A DNA stretch of 64,000 bases, from contig CAWIGG010000002.1 of the NCBI GenBank assembly GCA_963835575.1, positions 960,001-1,024,000 on the forward strand, given 5' to 3'. Position numbers and translations under genes: made by a program. Positions 1 to 11,345 of the stretch are shown here, one piece after another. Position 1 is the stretch's first letter. Each line of letters starts with the position of its first letter. The notes under the pieces are model-generated. The model was given only the letters and a program-made list of their open reading frames with translations, did no database searches and was not told the DNA's origin. Source of the stretch: an uncultured Spirochaetota bacterium (GTDB lineage: Bacteria; Spirochaetota; Brevinematia; Brevinematales; JAOACQ01).

Positions 1-1066
1 TGATTATTTCGCTCCTTCAAGGGTCATCAGTTCTGGATTTGGAATGAACTGCCTGATCAGGGACCAGGATGCTCCGTATATCCTGATGAAACAGACAGAA
101 CAGTCTATTGATGAGTTTATTCAATATCTGGTCAAACTTCAGGAAAAGAACAAGGAAGGAAAGAGGGTCCTGGTCGTAGCGCAGAAAGGGGAGTTTTTCG
201 GGACTTCAGACTATATGGACAGATTATTTACCAGGCTTGAAAGAATCAAATGGGTGAAAATAATGAGCGGTTCTGATATTTTTAAAGCTGTCATTCCGAC
301 ACAGACGTTTTTGGGTGAAAAAATTACAGGCGGATGGTTTGTTGATGAAGATTCGAAAGCGGCATCATATAAGCCGTGGATAGAGACGGAAAATAAAAAA
401 CAGGTATTAGCGGATCTGAATGATGTGGAAGACAGTGTCTTTAGAAACGGAGAAAAGATCGATACTGCCAGGGGATATTACCAGGAGCTTGATTTCTCCA
501 TGCCCGTTAATATTTATGAAGAATGCAGGGAGAAATTAATTTTTGCCGAGCAATCCGACTGGTTTTATGGTAATAATGTCAAAGGGCTTAGTATAGTAAC
601 AAACCAGCTTGATAATACAAGAAAACTTATTTCTACGGTTTATGATAATCTGATGAGTGTGGTAAAAAAACAAAAAATAAATGTTCCTCTGATCAAAGAT
701 AAAGGCATTAAGCTCAATGATGAAGAAAAAGACAGAATTTTATCAAAAATACCTGCCGGGAAGTTCCAGATCTGGGAAAAGACAGTGGAACCAGCCAAAT
801 TAACATATGCGTCTTCAATTAATATCAAATTCAGGATTTTTGATAAAAACAACGGTATCGATTACAACAATGTCTATATAATAGTAAATTACAATGACAG
901 CGATGATTATTACAAAGTTAACGCAAAGATGATGTTTAACGGCTCTATGATGGGCAATATCGGCGGCGGAAGAACCGGGGACGAAGGAAAATTTTATATT
1001 TATGCAAAGGATAGAAAAGGCAATGAGGCGCTTTCCGATAAATTTACATTTGTCATTGAGCCGTAA
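1..1066 (+). CDS. 5'-truncated protein, C-terminal part resembling glycoside hydrolase family 57
   Basis: Frame is open from the window start (DYFAPSRVISSGFG precedes the listed Met). GGW..W and FAEQSDWFY resemble GH57 C-terminal motifs (AEGSDWFWW), followed by a beta-rich tail. Confidence 0.45.
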   Translation, partial: DYFAPSRVISSGFGMNCLIRDQDAPYILMKQTEQSIDEFIQYLVKLQEKNKEGKRVLVVAQKGEFFGTSDYMDRLFTRLERIKWVKIMSGSDIFKAVIPTQTFLGEKITGGWFVDEDSKAASYKPWIETENKKQVLADLNDVEDSVFRNGEKIDTARGYYQELDFSMPVNIYEECREKLIFAEQSDWFYGNNVKGLSIVTNQLDNTRKLISTVYDNLMSVVKKQKINVPLIKDKGIKLNDEEKDRILSKIPAGKFQIWEKTVEPAKLTYASSINIKFRIFDKNNGIDYNNVYIIVNYNDSDDYYKVNAKMMFNGSMMGNIGGGRTGDEGKFYIYAKDRKGNEALSDKFTFVIEP

Positions 1067-1072
1067 TATTAT

Positions 1073-2176
1073 CTACAGATTTAAACCGAACTGGTCGGCT
1101 ATTATAATATCTACTATCCCTTTTTCAGCCCTTTGAGGCCTTGAGGAATTTATTTTTTTCATATTTTCCTTGTAGGATGAGGCATTTTTCAATAGTAAAG
1201 AAACTTCTTTGAAAAGATAATCGGGCGTAAGGGAGTCTTCCTCAATAATAATCCCTCCGGAATTGGATGCAATATATCCGGCGTTTAATAACTGGTGGTT
1301 ATCCGGGGAATTTTTAATTGGAATTAGGATGGGCGGACATTCATAATGAATGCATTCTGATATTGAAGTCGCTCCTGCCCTGGAAATAACACAGTCTGCG
1401 GCTGAAAAAAAATAATCCATCCTTTCAATAAATTGAAAAACCCTGATATTCGGATATTTTGATTGAATATCCTCAAGCTTATTCTCCTGAAGCAGTTTGT
1501 TGTACTCAACAGATCCTGCGCTCCATATCACGCCTATTTTTTTCTCCAAAAGCATTGGGAAAATTCCCTGCACACAGTCGTTCACTATTCTTGAACCCTG
1601 GCTGCCGCTTGTTATTCCAATGACAGTAGCAAATTGATCGATCTGAAAAAAAGACTTTGACTTTGTTTTGGTTTGAAGCTCATAATAGAGGGATGGATTT
1701 CCTGTGAAAACGGCTTTTTTTGCCGGGATTTTTTTCGTTCCGGGAAAAGAAGTGAATATCTTTCTGGCAAAAGGCGAATATAAACGGTTTGTTATGCCTG
1801 CAACGCTGTTTTGTTCTATGATATAAAGCGGTTTTCTGAGAATTATGGCCGCTAACGCTACAGGGTTTGAGATATAACCGCCGGTAATCACTATCATATC
1901 AGGATTGAATTTTTTTATCAGCCGGAATATTTTAAAAAATGAGATTAGTATCTTTATTACAAAAAGAGGAGTTTTCAGCGATAGTCTTCTGGACATATTT
2001 TTCAGCTGAAGCAGGATCCTGTCTTTTTCATCCACTTTAGATACAATTGGATAATTCAGGTCGAAAGCGCTCATGACATAGCGGCATTCAATATTTCTTT
2101 TTTTTATTTCCTTATAAACAGCTATCCCTGGCACAAGGTGACCGCCGGTTCTTCCGCCGCTGATCAAGGCTTTCAT
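1073..2176 (-). CDS. murG: undecaprenyldiphospho-muramoylpentapeptide beta-N-acetylglucosaminyltransferase
   Basis: GGRTGGH, TGGY, EQNSVAG.TN, TGNP, GSQGS, ISRAGA and HQLLNA motifs. Confidence 0.95.
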   Translation of the reverse strand: MKALISGGRTGGHLVPGIAVYKEIKKRNIECRYVMSAFDLNYPIVSKVDEKDRILLQLKNMSRRLSLKTPLFVIKILISFFKIFRLIKKFNPDMIVITGGYISNPVALAAIILRKPLYIIEQNSVAGITNRLYSPFARKIFTSFPGTKKIPAKKAVFTGNPSLYYELQTKTKSKSFFQIDQFATVIGITSGSQGSRIVNDCVQGIFPMLLEKKIGVIWSAGSVEYNKLLQENKLEDIQSKYPNIRVFQFIERMDYFFSAADCVISRAGATSISECIHYECPPILIPIKNSPDNHQLLNAGYIASNSGGIIIEEDSLTPDYLFKEVSLLLKNASSYKENMKKINSSRPQRAEKGIVDIIIADQFGLNL

Positions 2177-2317
2177 TACATTATCCTTATTATTAAAATC
2201 GATAGATTTTAATGCCCGTTGTTTGAAATAGCAAATTTTATATTTTCAAAGTATAATTTCAATATGAATAAATTGAAGCTTTAAATATTATTCGTTTTAT
2301 CAAAAGATTTTATTAAA

Positions 2318-2641
2318 TTGAATAATGAAGCCTTTAACATAACAAAAAAGCAAATATTGGAATCTGTTAAAAAGGCTGAATATTTTATGTTATCCTTGTT
2401 AAAACCGGGTTATGTTATAATCCTGAAAATAAAAAAAGGAAAGGAAAAGAACAGATATGGGCGGCTTTTAGCTGAAATCTATTATAATAATCAGAATATT
2501 AATATTTATCTTATTCAAAACGGGTATGCTTTAAAATATTTTATCGATTATGTGCATTATAAAGTAAAAAAAGTATATATTAATGCCGAAAATGAAGCGA
2601 TGAATAAAAGAACCGGCTTCTGGCAATATAAAAGATTATAA
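2318..2641 (+). pseudogene. thermonuclease (SNase) family protein, N-terminally incomplete
   Basis: RYGRLLAEIY, NINIYLIQNGYA and AENEA...GFW are present. The DGDT and GIDTPE motifs are absent. The in-frame ATG at 2264 is followed by TAA at 2282. Confidence 0.65.
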
Positions 2642-2673
2642 TAGCGGATTTTATTTGTTAAGGAGGAAATGGT

Positions 2674-3387
2674 ATGAAAGGAATTTTTGTCTTAATCACA
2701 GTTTTATTAGTGTTTATTACACTCAATGTATATGGCTCTGATGACAGTATCTGGAGTAATAGAAATACTGCTGAAGGAGCTAAAGCTTCTTACGAATATT
2801 ATAAACAGCAGTTTAATAATGAAAAAAACTATGAAAACGCATGGAAATTCTCACGAGCGGCGCATTTTTATGCGGATAATTTCATAAAGATTGAGGATCA
2901 AAAGAAAAAGGTATTTACTGAAGGGAAGGAAGCCGCTGAAAATGCTACTAATATGGAACCGGATAAGCCCGAAGGACATTATTACCTGGGAATATGCCTT
3001 GGTTCATGGGCTGAAGCTAACGGAATTCTGAACAGCTTATTCACGGCCCCTTCAATATTGAGGGAAGCAAAAAAAACAATAAAGATCGAACCGTCTTTTG
3101 AGAACGGTTCCGCATATATGCTCAGCGCCAGGGTTTATCATAAAGCTCCGGCCATTATCAGCGTCGGGGATAAAGATAAGGCTCAAAAAGATTATGAGAA
3201 GGCTATTGAATACGGGCCCGGCAACCGGGTAGCCTTCCGTTTTTACGCGGAATTCCTGATGGATTTCGATAAGAAAAAAGCGAAAGAAATCATCCTGAAA
3301 GGCCTTGATATACCGCTTGATGAAAGTAATAAATACAGTGAAGAAAACGAAATACAATTACTGAAAGAGCTGCAGACAAAGCTATAA
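2674..3387 (+). CDS. exported TPR-like protein (TatT-like)
   Basis: AAGGAGG SD, signal peptide, helical repeats (EGHYYLG, ARVYHKAP..ISVGDKDKA). Confidence 0.7.
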   Translation: MKGIFVLITVLLVFITLNVYGSDDSIWSNRNTAEGAKASYEYYKQQFNNEKNYENAWKFSRAAHFYADNFIKIEDQKKKVFTEGKEAAENATNMEPDKPEGHYYLGICLGSWAEANGILNSLFTAPSILREAKKTIKIEPSFENGSAYMLSARVYHKAPAIISVGDKDKAQKDYEKAIEYGPGNRVAFRFYAEFLMDFDKKKAKEIILKGLDIPLDESNKYSEENEIQLLKELQTKL

Positions 3388-5895
3388 TTGATTGACCGTT
3401 TCTTCCTCCGCTTGCGCGCCGGTTTCTTGATTTTTTATCTTTTTATTGCTTAAGCTCAATATAATCTTTTTATTCTTAAGCGATATTTTTATTTCAACCG
3501 GGCTCTTTAACTCGTCAGTGTTGATATTCTCCTTAAGCAGTAGTTCTGTTGAGGGAACTTCTATAAATTTACTGATTGCCCTCGAAAGAGACCTGGCCCC
3601 GTATTTACTTTCATATCCTTCTGAAATGATCAAATTCTTTGCATCCTGGCTTATTTTAAATTTGATCCCTTTAAGCGACAGATTTTCGTTCAAGTCTTCA
3701 ATCATCTTATCGAATATTTCAATGAGTATTGATTCATCGAGAGGATTGAATATGACAATGTCATCAATCCTGTTCAGAAATTCAGGCTTGAAATACTGCC
3801 TTAATTCAGAATAAAGGAATTCCTTGTTTTTTTCCTGACTCGCTGTCATATCGGAAAAACCCAGATTGCCTTTATTTGCCAGTTTATCAGTTCCAAGATT
3901 GGATGTTAATATTATTATTGAGTTTCTAAAATCAACTTTATTTCCGAGGCTGTCTGTGATAAAACCCTCATCCAGGATTTGAAGCAGCATATTAAAGACA
4001 TCCGGATGGGCCTTTTCAAGTTCATCAAAAAGAATAACAGAGTAGGGCTTCCGGCGGATTCTTTCCGTCAATTCGCCGCCGGATTCATGGCCGACATAGC
4101 CGGGAGGAGCCCCGACAAGTTTAGAAACATTGAATTTTTCCATATATTCGCTCATATCAACCCTGATAAGGTCTTCTTCAGAACCGAATATGAATTGGGC
4201 CAGCGCCTTTGCCAGGGCTGTTTTACCGACCCCAGTCGGCCCGATAAATATAAGGCTTGATATAGGCTTTCCGATTTTTTTCAATCCGACGATGCTTTTT
4301 TTAATGGCGTTTGAAACTGTTTCTATCGCCTCTTTCTGGCCTTTTATAGTCTTTTTCAAAGCCTCATTGATGTTTAAAAACCTTTTTTTATTATTTTCAT
4401 CATCCAGCCGGTTCATCGGGATGTTTGTTATTGAGGAAAGGACCAATTCTATGTCTTTTTGATCAATAATAACCTTATCTTTTTTATTGGCGTTCAGCCA
4501 TTGTGTTTTTGCCTGCTCATAAACCCCGCGGAGTTCTTTAATTTTATCCCTGATATAAGCCGCTTTTTCATAAACCTGAGATTTAACAAGATGGTTCTTT
4601 TTGTCCTCCAGGTGATTGATTTCATTTTCAACCTTTAATAATTCTTCCGGTTTACCGTCCAGGGAAATACCGCAGAAAGCTCCCGCCTCATCTATCAGAT
4701 CGATGGCTTTATCCGGTAATTTTCTGTCGGTGACATAACGGTGTGCCAGTTTAACAGCCGCAATTATAGCCCTATCTGTATAAGACACATTATGATATTG
4801 TTCATATTTAATTTTTATTTTAGATAGAATTTCTATTGTTTCTTCAATTGTCGGTTCATTAACGATAATAGGCTGAAATCTGCGGAGAAGGGCTTTATCT
4901 CTTTCAATGCGTTTTCTGTATTCATCAAATGTCGTGGCGCCGATGCAGCGGATTGATCCTCTTGCCAGAGCGGGCTTAAGCATGTTGGAAGCGTCAAGCG
5001 CGCCTTCAGCGTTGCCGGCACCGAGAATTGTATGAATTTCATCAATAAAGAGAATCACATCTTCCGAGTCTTCAGCCTCTTTGATGATATTCTTCATCCT
5101 TTCCTCAAATTCCCCGCGGTATTTGGTTCCGGCGACAACAAGCCCCAGATCTAAGAGCATTATCCTTCTATCGATGAGTTTATCAGGAATTGTATTATTT
5201 GATATCAGCTGGGCCAATCCTTCTATAATAGCGGTCTTGCCGACTCCCGGCTCCCCGATAAGTATGGGATTGTTTTTCTGCCTTCTGCATAAAACCTGTA
5301 CAATCCTCTTAATTTCATTTCCCCGGCCTATAACAGGGTCTAATTTACCCTGCTGCGCCATTTGAGTCAGGTTTTTTGAAAAACGGTCAAGGAATTGCGT
5401 TTTTATTTGTTTTTTCTTTACTTTTGTAACATTTATTTCCCCATATCCGACAGTCTTAATGACTGCCTGGCGCATAAAATGAATATCAATATTTCTATTC
5501 GCAAATATTATCGGAATAAGCGCATCAGGGTCTTCTTCCGCTAATAATCCCAATAAAATATGCTCCGATCCGATATAATTATGTCCGATGATTTTTGATT
5601 CCTGCTTGCAGAGATCAATGACGTTTTTAAAACGTGTCGAAGGAGGAATGCCTCCCAGCGTGAGGGTATTTGTGGATTTGCTCCTCAATATCATTTCCAG
5701 TTCCCTTTTTATATCGTCAAGGTCTAGTCCGAGATAGACAAGAGCGCGTATTCCGGCGCTGTCAACTTCACGCAGTATTCCAAGAAAAAGATGCTCTGGA
5801 AGTACCTGATCGTTAAATAATCTTCTCGCTTCCTGCTGTGCGAGAATTGTTATGACTTTTTGCGCCCTCGGCGTAAATCCGGTAAAATCGTTCAT
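3382..5895 (-). CDS. clpC: ATP-dependent Clp protease ATP-binding subunit ClpC
   Basis: Two Clp-N repeats, two AAA modules ([16 protein letters not shown]), UVR-type middle domain, GARSL; downstream of mcsA-mcsB. Confidence 0.95.
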   Translation of the reverse strand: MNDFTGFTPRAQKVITILAQQEARRLFNDQVLPEHLFLGILREVDSAGIRALVYLGLDLDDIKRELEMILRSKSTNTLTLGGIPPSTRFKNVIDLCKQESKIIGHNYIGSEHILLGLLAEEDPDALIPIIFANRNIDIHFMRQAVIKTVGYGEINVTKVKKKQIKTQFLDRFSKNLTQMAQQGKLDPVIGRGNEIKRIVQVLCRRQKNNPILIGEPGVGKTAIIEGLAQLISNNTIPDKLIDRRIMLLDLGLVVAGTKYRGEFEERMKNIIKEAEDSEDVILFIDEIHTILGAGNAEGALDASNMLKPALARGSIRCIGATTFDEYRKRIERDKALLRRFQPIIVNEPTIEETIEILSKIKIKYEQYHNVSYTDRAIIAAVKLAHRYVTDRKLPDKAIDLIDEAGAFCGISLDGKPEELLKVENEINHLEDKKNHLVKSQVYEKAAYIRDKIKELRGVYEQAKTQWLNANKKDKVIIDQKDIELVLSSITNIPMNRLDDENNKKRFLNINEALKKTIKGQKEAIETVSNAIKKSIVGLKKIGKPISSLIFIGPTGVGKTALAKALAQFIFGSEEDLIRVDMSEYMEKFNVSKLVGAPPGYVGHESGGELTERIRRKPYSVILFDELEKAHPDVFNMLLQILDEGFITDSLGNKVDFRNSIIILTSNLGTDKLANKGNLGFSDMTASQEKNKEFLYSELRQYFKPEFLNRIDDIVIFNPLDESILIEIFDKMIEDLNENLSLKGIKFKISQDAKNLIISEGYESKYGARSLSRAISKFIEVPSTELLLKENINTDELKSPVEIKISLKNKKIILSLSNKKIKNQETGAQAEEETVNQL

Positions 5896-6926
5896 GGATT
5901 GCTCCGTACTTTATATTTTATACTTGAAATACTTTTTTTAAGAATATTGAGCCTTGCTTTTCCAAGATCATTCTCATCCACCTGAAATTTATACTGAAGA
6001 TAGTCATCAGTAGCCTGGAAGACTTGGTTCCTGATCTGGTTTATATTATCGGTTATCAGGTGCTTTTTATTCAAGGCATCGATTAAAGAAATGTAATAAA
6101 GAAGATGATGCCATTCAATTGTTTCCTTTTTCTTAAGTTCCATAATTTCCTCAAAAGATATTTCCAGTTCGCTTATTTTATTAAAGACGGCTGTTCTCGC
6201 TTCCATTTCCAATTCGGAGAGCTTATGAAGAAAATTCTCAAATTCGCTTAAAAGATCTTCTTCGGAAATACCGAGAGAAAAAATATTATATATGTAAAAT
6301 AATGCCGAATCCGAGCTGTGAGGTACTATATTTGTTACCGAATACCCTGTTTTATTCGCTGTTTCTATAAAATTATCAATTTTTTTTGCGGATACCAGAC
6401 CATAAAGATTTACTAAAGCCGAAATCCTTAATCCTGTTCCAAAGTTCAGTATTGAAGAAGTGAGATAACCGTATTTTTCATCAAAAGCAAAATCTATCTC
6501 ATCTTCCAGCTGAATAATGATGCTTGAAAGCCTGTTATAAATATTTTTAACATTATAGCCTTCTTCAACAGCCATGATCCGGATATGGTCATCTTCATTA
6601 ATAAGGATGACCCAATTTCCATTGATATCATAAGCCAGGACTCTGCCGTTTTTTAAAAACTCATTTGTGATGACATGATTGGATAAATAAATGAAAACAT
6701 TTTCTTTGGGCATTTCATCAATGGATTCGATAATTAATTCGATGGGAAGTTTGGCAATATATTTACTGATCTGCTGATCAATTTCTTTTTTTTCCTTTTC
6801 TGATAAGACAACCGGAAACTTTATTCCCTCCAGGTTTCTGGCAATACGCAATCTGGTAGAGAAAACAATATTATCTAAGGAATTTCTTTTTCTTTCCTGA
6901 TGCCTTGGAAACTCAATAAATCTCAT
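5892..6926 (-). CDS. mcsB: McsB-family ATP:guanido phosphotransferase with divergent active site
   Basis: STRLRIARN, INEDDHIRI, GYLTS..NFGTGLR and LGISEE motifs; mcsA-mcsB-clpC synteny. Confidence 0.85.
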   Translation of the reverse strand: MRFIEFPRHQERKRNSLDNIVFSTRLRIARNLEGIKFPVVLSEKEKKEIDQQISKYIAKLPIELIIESIDEMPKENVFIYLSNHVITNEFLKNGRVLAYDINGNWVILINEDDHIRIMAVEEGYNVKNIYNRLSSIIIQLEDEIDFAFDEKYGYLTSSILNFGTGLRISALVNLYGLVSAKKIDNFIETANKTGYSVTNIVPHSSDSALFYIYNIFSLGISEEDLLSEFENFLHKLSELEMEARTAVFNKISELEISFEEIMELKKKETIEWHHLLYYISLIDALNKKHLITDNINQIRNQVFQATDDYLQYKFQVDENDLGKARLNILKKSISSIKYKVRSNP

Positions 6927-7503
6927 CTTCCTTTCCGACAGGGTAGCTTCCTATCAAGCTCTCCAGCCTTTTTTTAATTTTTTCAGCTTCTTCATATCTT
7001 TCATGAAAAATTACTTTTTTCAGCTGGCTTTTCAGAAATTGTATTTCCTTCCTGAGAAGGTATAATCGGATATATTTCCTGGGCATTCTTCCTTTGTGAA
7101 AGCCGCCTCTTTCAACTTCAACTATGAATTCCTTAATGAATTCATGAAAAGTATTATAACAATATGGACAGCCGAAATATCCGCTGTTTTTGAAATCATC
7201 ATAAGTAAAACCGCAATTTGAGCATTTAAGGTCGTTTTTGCCTTCTTTTGTCAGGATATTACTTATTACTTGTATATTGGAAACTATCGCTGTTAATAAG
7301 CTTCTCATTTCTTCCAGCGCGTCTAAAACCCGTTCATCAATGAATTGCAGGTTTTTAATTTTATCTTTGTTGTTCATATATTTAATAGCGCAATGCGCGC
7401 AGAGACCTTTTTCATCTACTTTGTTTTCATTAATAATTTTGACAAAAATAAGAGCTTCTTCCTCTCCGCATATACTGCATTTTTGCAGACGATATAGAGC
7501 CAT
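6913..7503 (-). CDS. mcsA: McsA (CxxC zinc-binding plus UVR motif)
   Basis: Four CxxC motifs, G.FGCPYCY, HKGRMP, C-terminal ERYEEAEKIK. Confidence 0.88.
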   Translation of the reverse strand: MALYRLQKCSICGEEEALIFVKIINENKVDEKGLCAHCAIKYMNNKDKIKNLQFIDERVLDALEEMRSLLTAIVSNIQVISNILTKEGKNDLKCSNCGFTYDDFKNSGYFGCPYCYNTFHEFIKEFIVEVERGGFHKGRMPRKYIRLYLLRKEIQFLKSQLKKVIFHERYEEAEKIKKRLESLIGSYPVGKEDEIY

Positions 7504-7766
7504 AATTCCCTCTTCAATAATATCGAAAAATTAGGTCTAAAAGAGAAATGAAATCTTAATTTCTATAGATAATTTTAGCATATATTTTAGAAAAGGTAAA
7601 GGAAGTGAAAAAGGATATAAGTTCCCGAATTGAGTGAATTGCTTTATTATTATATATAATGTATATAATTGCCTATTTTCACCCGGCGCGAAGCATGGAG
7701 TGGAAAAGCGCATATTTATCAGCATTGATAAATAAATCGCTTATTTTAGAAAGATATGTTTGTTTA

Positions 7767-8150
7767 TTAACTCCAATTTTCTTTTTTAATCGGGAAGGCA
7801 AAAAACAGCTTCAGTTTTTCTTCCCTCATAAGATATGCGTCGGCTTTAATTATCTGGCTTTTTGAAAGATGAACTTGAACTTCTTTTCTTAAATAAATTG
7901 AATTTTCTTCCTTATCAGGATAATAACCTTCAAATTCATCAATATCATCAATAAGATTTTCAAGCACATCATAAACTTCGCCGAATACCCGCTGCCGGTA
8001 TGAAAGTGATTCTATTGTGACCGCAGGGAAATCAACACCCAGGTCGTACAATTCACCGTAAATATAGCCTTTTCCGACAAATTTTGCTTTTGAAATCAGA
8101 ATATGATGGGGAAATGATTTTTGTAAAGTGTCATAAACGAATAACAGCAT
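7767..8150 (-). CDS. gamma-glutamylcyclotransferase (AIG2-like) family protein
   Basis: LFVYDTL (normally YGTL), GELYDLG..FPA, VFGEVY, IDEFEGY. Confidence 0.8.
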   Translation of the reverse strand: MLLFVYDTLQKSFPHHILISKAKFVGKGYIYGELYDLGVDFPAVTIESLSYRQRVFGEVYDVLENLIDDIDEFEGYYPDKEENSIYLRKEVQVHLSKSQIIKADAYLMREEKLKLFFAFPIKKENWS

Positions 8151-8158
8151 TTATTTCT

Positions 8159-9400
8159 CTAATACATTGAAGTATTTTGAGAAGGAGGAGTTTGCCGCTT
8201 TTTCTCCAATTCCATGTTTCTGCGGAAAATATGGACCATTTTTTCAATACTGAAAACATCTTTTGTAAAAATCTTACCATCAATTACTGTAATCGTTTTA
8301 TCATCATCAAACAATTTTTTAATATAAACATGACCTTCCTGTGGCGGAAAACCCACTAATTTAATGAGTTCTTCAGAACCGAAATCAAATGTATGAGATG
8401 TGCCTAAATTGATGGGTACTCTTGCCTTTTGCAGATGCGTGTATAGCGCGTCATACAGCTTGCCGATGGGGTCCTTGATCAGTACATTAGAAAACTGTTT
8501 ATATATCAGCCATGTTCTTTCGCTGAGAAGTTCGATGATCTTGCTTGCGATTTCAGGATGCGCCTGCACCATAGGCTCAAAATTAGCTTTGCTGACAGCC
8601 ATCAGCTTTGTCGGTCCGAAAGAAATAGCGCTGGCGCTCCTGGGTTTATTGTCCAGAAGCGACATTTCACCGAAGATGTCGCCTTTTTTCAAGACGGCAA
8701 GCAGTATTTCATTATTATCAACTAATTTTGTTATCTTTACTTTTCCTTCCTGGATAATAAACAGTTCCGATCCCGGTTCATGTTCCAGAAAGACGATCTG
8801 GCCGTCATTAAAAAGAGAATAAAAACTTTCTTTTTTTGGCAGAAGAGCATCAGGGGTGGGATTAATTTTTGCCAGCTTTATCTTGGCTTGAGGCACATAA
8901 CCGCCGTCAGGGCAGAATTTCACATAATGAAGATAAGCATACGCGGCCTGAGTCGGCATTTGATTTGAATAATAGTATTCGCCAATATTGAATATATAAT
9001 TCGGATTCTCTTCAATTGATGATTTAAGGGTCATTTTTGTTAATAATGAATCGTAGTATCTAAGCTGTTTACCGAAGTATCGAAGTATTTTCATCGCGAT
9101 AGGAGTATTCTTTTGAATAAGAGCGCCGAAATGTTCTCTTTTTACTATAATAGTAGAAGTGTCTTCAAGCGACTGAACAGTTTCAATACGCGGCCTTTTT
9201 GCCATGCAGGATATTACACCGAAAAAATCCCCAACACTGAGCGTTGTCCCGCTGTCGGATTCAACCATTGAAGCGGATCTGTTTTCCACAACTTTTCCCT
9301 GTTTAATAATATAAAACTCATCTGAATCTTCCTGATCTTCAAGAATAATATAGGAGTTGTTTTTAAAGTTTGCAACTTCGAATACGATTTCTTCAGGCAT
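8159..9400 (-). CDS. Crp/Fnr-like protein with two cyclic-nucleotide-binding domains
   Basis: Two cNMP domains (GDFFGVIS..PR and GDIFGEMSLLD.KPRSASA) separated by a TPR-like segment. ATG at 9400 has a GGAG SD; the ORF-track start at 9418 is TTG. Confidence 0.85.
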   Translation of the reverse strand: MPEEIVFEVANFKNNSYIILEDQEDSDEFYIIKQGKVVENRSASMVESDSGTTLSVGDFFGVISCMAKRPRIETVQSLEDTSTIIVKREHFGALIQKNTPIAMKILRYFGKQLRYYDSLLTKMTLKSSIEENPNYIFNIGEYYYSNQMPTQAAYAYLHYVKFCPDGGYVPQAKIKLAKINPTPDALLPKKESFYSLFNDGQIVFLEHEPGSELFIIQEGKVKITKLVDNNEILLAVLKKGDIFGEMSLLDNKPRSASAISFGPTKLMAVSKANFEPMVQAHPEIASKIIELLSERTWLIYKQFSNVLIKDPIGKLYDALYTHLQKARVPINLGTSHTFDFGSEELIKLVGFPPQEGHVYIKKLFDDDKTITVIDGKIFTKDVFSIEKMVHIFRRNMELEKKRQTPPSQNTSMY

Positions 9401-9427
9401 TTTGACTCCATTTTCCAAAAAAACAGC

Positions 9428-10726
9428 TTATTGATAAATTGGAAATCTTCTACATAAATTTTCGACTTTTTCCCTCACTGAATTAAGTATTTTTTCATTA
9501 TTAATTGAAGAAATTACTGATGCAATATATTCGGCAATCTCTTCCATTTCCTTTTCTTTCATCCCACGAGTAGTGATAGAAGGCGTTCCGATCCTTATCC
9601 CGCTTGTAATTGTAGGCGGCTGCTTGTCAAAAGGTATGCCGTTTTTATTGACTGTTATCCTTGCTTTATCCAAGGCTTCAGTTGCCTCTTTACCTGTAAC
9701 TTTTTTGTTTGTTAAATCGACAAGCATCAGATGATTGTCTGAACCTCCAGAAACAAGCCGGAAGCCATTATTAATTAGAGCTTTTGACAGAGCCCGGCAA
9801 TTATTAATAATCTGCTTTTGATACTCTATAAAATCATTACTCAGTGCCTCTTTTAAGGCTACTGCTTTCGCGGCTATAACATGCATTAACGGACCGCCCT
9901 GTATGCCGGGAAATATATTACTGTCCAGTATCTCGCTCATCATTTTAACCCTGCCGCTTTTAGGGGCTGTAATACCTATTTTATTCTCAAAATCTTTTCC
10001 CATCAGGATCATTCCGCCCCGAGGGCCGCGGAGTGTTTTATGGGTTGTTGTTGTAACAAAATGTGAGACATTTACCGGGGTTGGATGCAGGTTGGCCGCA
10101 ACCAGGCCGGCTATATGCGCCATATCAGTCACGAGATAAGCTCCACAGGTATCAGCCGCCTCGCGGAATTTATTAAAATCTATAATACGCGGATAAGCGC
10201 TGGCACCTGCAATAATGAGTTTCGGTTTTTCTGAAGCGGCTTTTTTTATCAGGGCATCGTAATCAATTGTCTCACTGTCAGGGGTGACTCCGTAACTTAT
10301 TATATTGAAAAAACGTCCTGAAAAGTTTACTGGAGAGCCATGCGTTAAATGACCGCCGTGTGATAAATTCATTCCTAGAACTTTATCGCCCGGGGTGAGC
10401 ACACTGAAATAAATGCCCATATTTGCCTGGCTTCCTGAATGAGGTTGAACATTGGCATATTCACAATTGAATAATTTTTTTGCTCTCTGCCTGGCAAGGT
10501 CTTCCACAACATCAACATATTCGCATCCGCCGTAATATCGATGCGCAGGATATCCTTCGGCATATTTATTGGTCATCAAACAGCCCTGGGCTTCCAATAC
10601 CGCTTTTGAAACAATATTTTCAGAGGCGATCAATTCCAAATTCAATTGTTCTCTATTTTCTTCATCTATAATTGCATCGTACACTTCGGAATCAATATTT
10701 TTGAGATTTTCCTTATTACCAAGCAT
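9428..10726 (-). CDS. glyA: serine hydroxymethyltransferase
   Basis: [43 protein letters not shown]. Confidence 0.98.
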   Translation of the reverse strand: MLGNKENLKNIDSEVYDAIIDEENREQLNLELIASENIVSKAVLEAQGCLMTNKYAEGYPAHRYYGGCEYVDVVEDLARQRAKKLFNCEYANVQPHSGSQANMGIYFSVLTPGDKVLGMNLSHGGHLTHGSPVNFSGRFFNIISYGVTPDSETIDYDALIKKAASEKPKLIIAGASAYPRIIDFNKFREAADTCGAYLVTDMAHIAGLVAANLHPTPVNVSHFVTTTTHKTLRGPRGGMILMGKDFENKIGITAPKSGRVKMMSEILDSNIFPGIQGGPLMHVIAAKAVALKEALSNDFIEYQKQIINNCRALSKALINNGFRLVSGGSDNHLMLVDLTNKKVTGKEATEALDKARITVNKNGIPFDKQPPTITSGIRIGTPSITTRGMKEKEMEEIAEYIASVISSINNEKILNSVREKVENLCRRFPIYQ

Positions 10727-10895
10727 ATTTGCTCCCGTATTATTGATTGTTATATTGTAATAGCTCCTTTTAAATTATTCAATTAATTTTTATAAATTAA
10801 TATTGAGAGATTGTTCCATAAAATACTAAATTTATTAAATAAAAGTTTTTGAAACTTTTTAATGATGAAATTAAATAATATTTTTAAAAAAATAC

Positions 10896-10924
10896 TTGAC
10901 ATCATACTACATATGTAGTATAAT
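10896..10924 (+). promoter_or_regulatory. sigma70-type promoter with embedded BlaI/MecI/CopY-type operator
   Basis: TTGACA(10896)-17 nt-TATAAT(10919). Perfect palindrome ATACTACATATGTAGTAT (10904-10921) contains TACA-NN-TGTA. Confidence 0.88.
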
Positions 10925-10950
10925 TTATAAAATTGTAATTAGGATGCATT

Positions 10951-11334
10951 ATGGAACAAAAAAGATTGTTTGGAGAACTCGAATTGCAGGTCATGGCTGT
11001 CTTATGGGAAAAGAAAGAAGCGAGTGTCTATGATGTGCAAAATTCAATCGGCAAAAATATTGCTTATACAACAATTATGACGGTTCTTTCCAGAATGTAT
11101 TCCAAAGGAATGGTTGAAAGGTCAAAATCAGGTAAGAATTATATTTATTCAATAAAAAAAGGAAAAAGTTTAGCGCTCAGCACAATGTTAGATAAAATCA
11201 AGAACTCAATTTTCGGCGGTAAATCCATTCAGATGGTAAACTACTTAATTGATAACGCGAACGATATTCAACAGGAAGAATTGGAACTAATCAGCGCAAT
11301 TATTGAGAAAAGAAAGAAAGAAATAAAGAGGTAA
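10951..11334 (+). CDS. BlaI/MecI/CopY family repressor
   Basis: GELELQVMAVLW, AYTTIMTVLSRM..KG.V.R...Y.Y, FGG motifs. Confidence 0.92.
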   Translation: MEQKRLFGELELQVMAVLWEKKEASVYDVQNSIGKNIAYTTIMTVLSRMYSKGMVERSKSGKNYIYSIKKGKSLALSTMLDKIKNSIFGGKSIQMVNYLIDNANDIQQEELELISAIIEKRKKEIKR

Positions 11335-11345
11335 TCCAGATTAAA

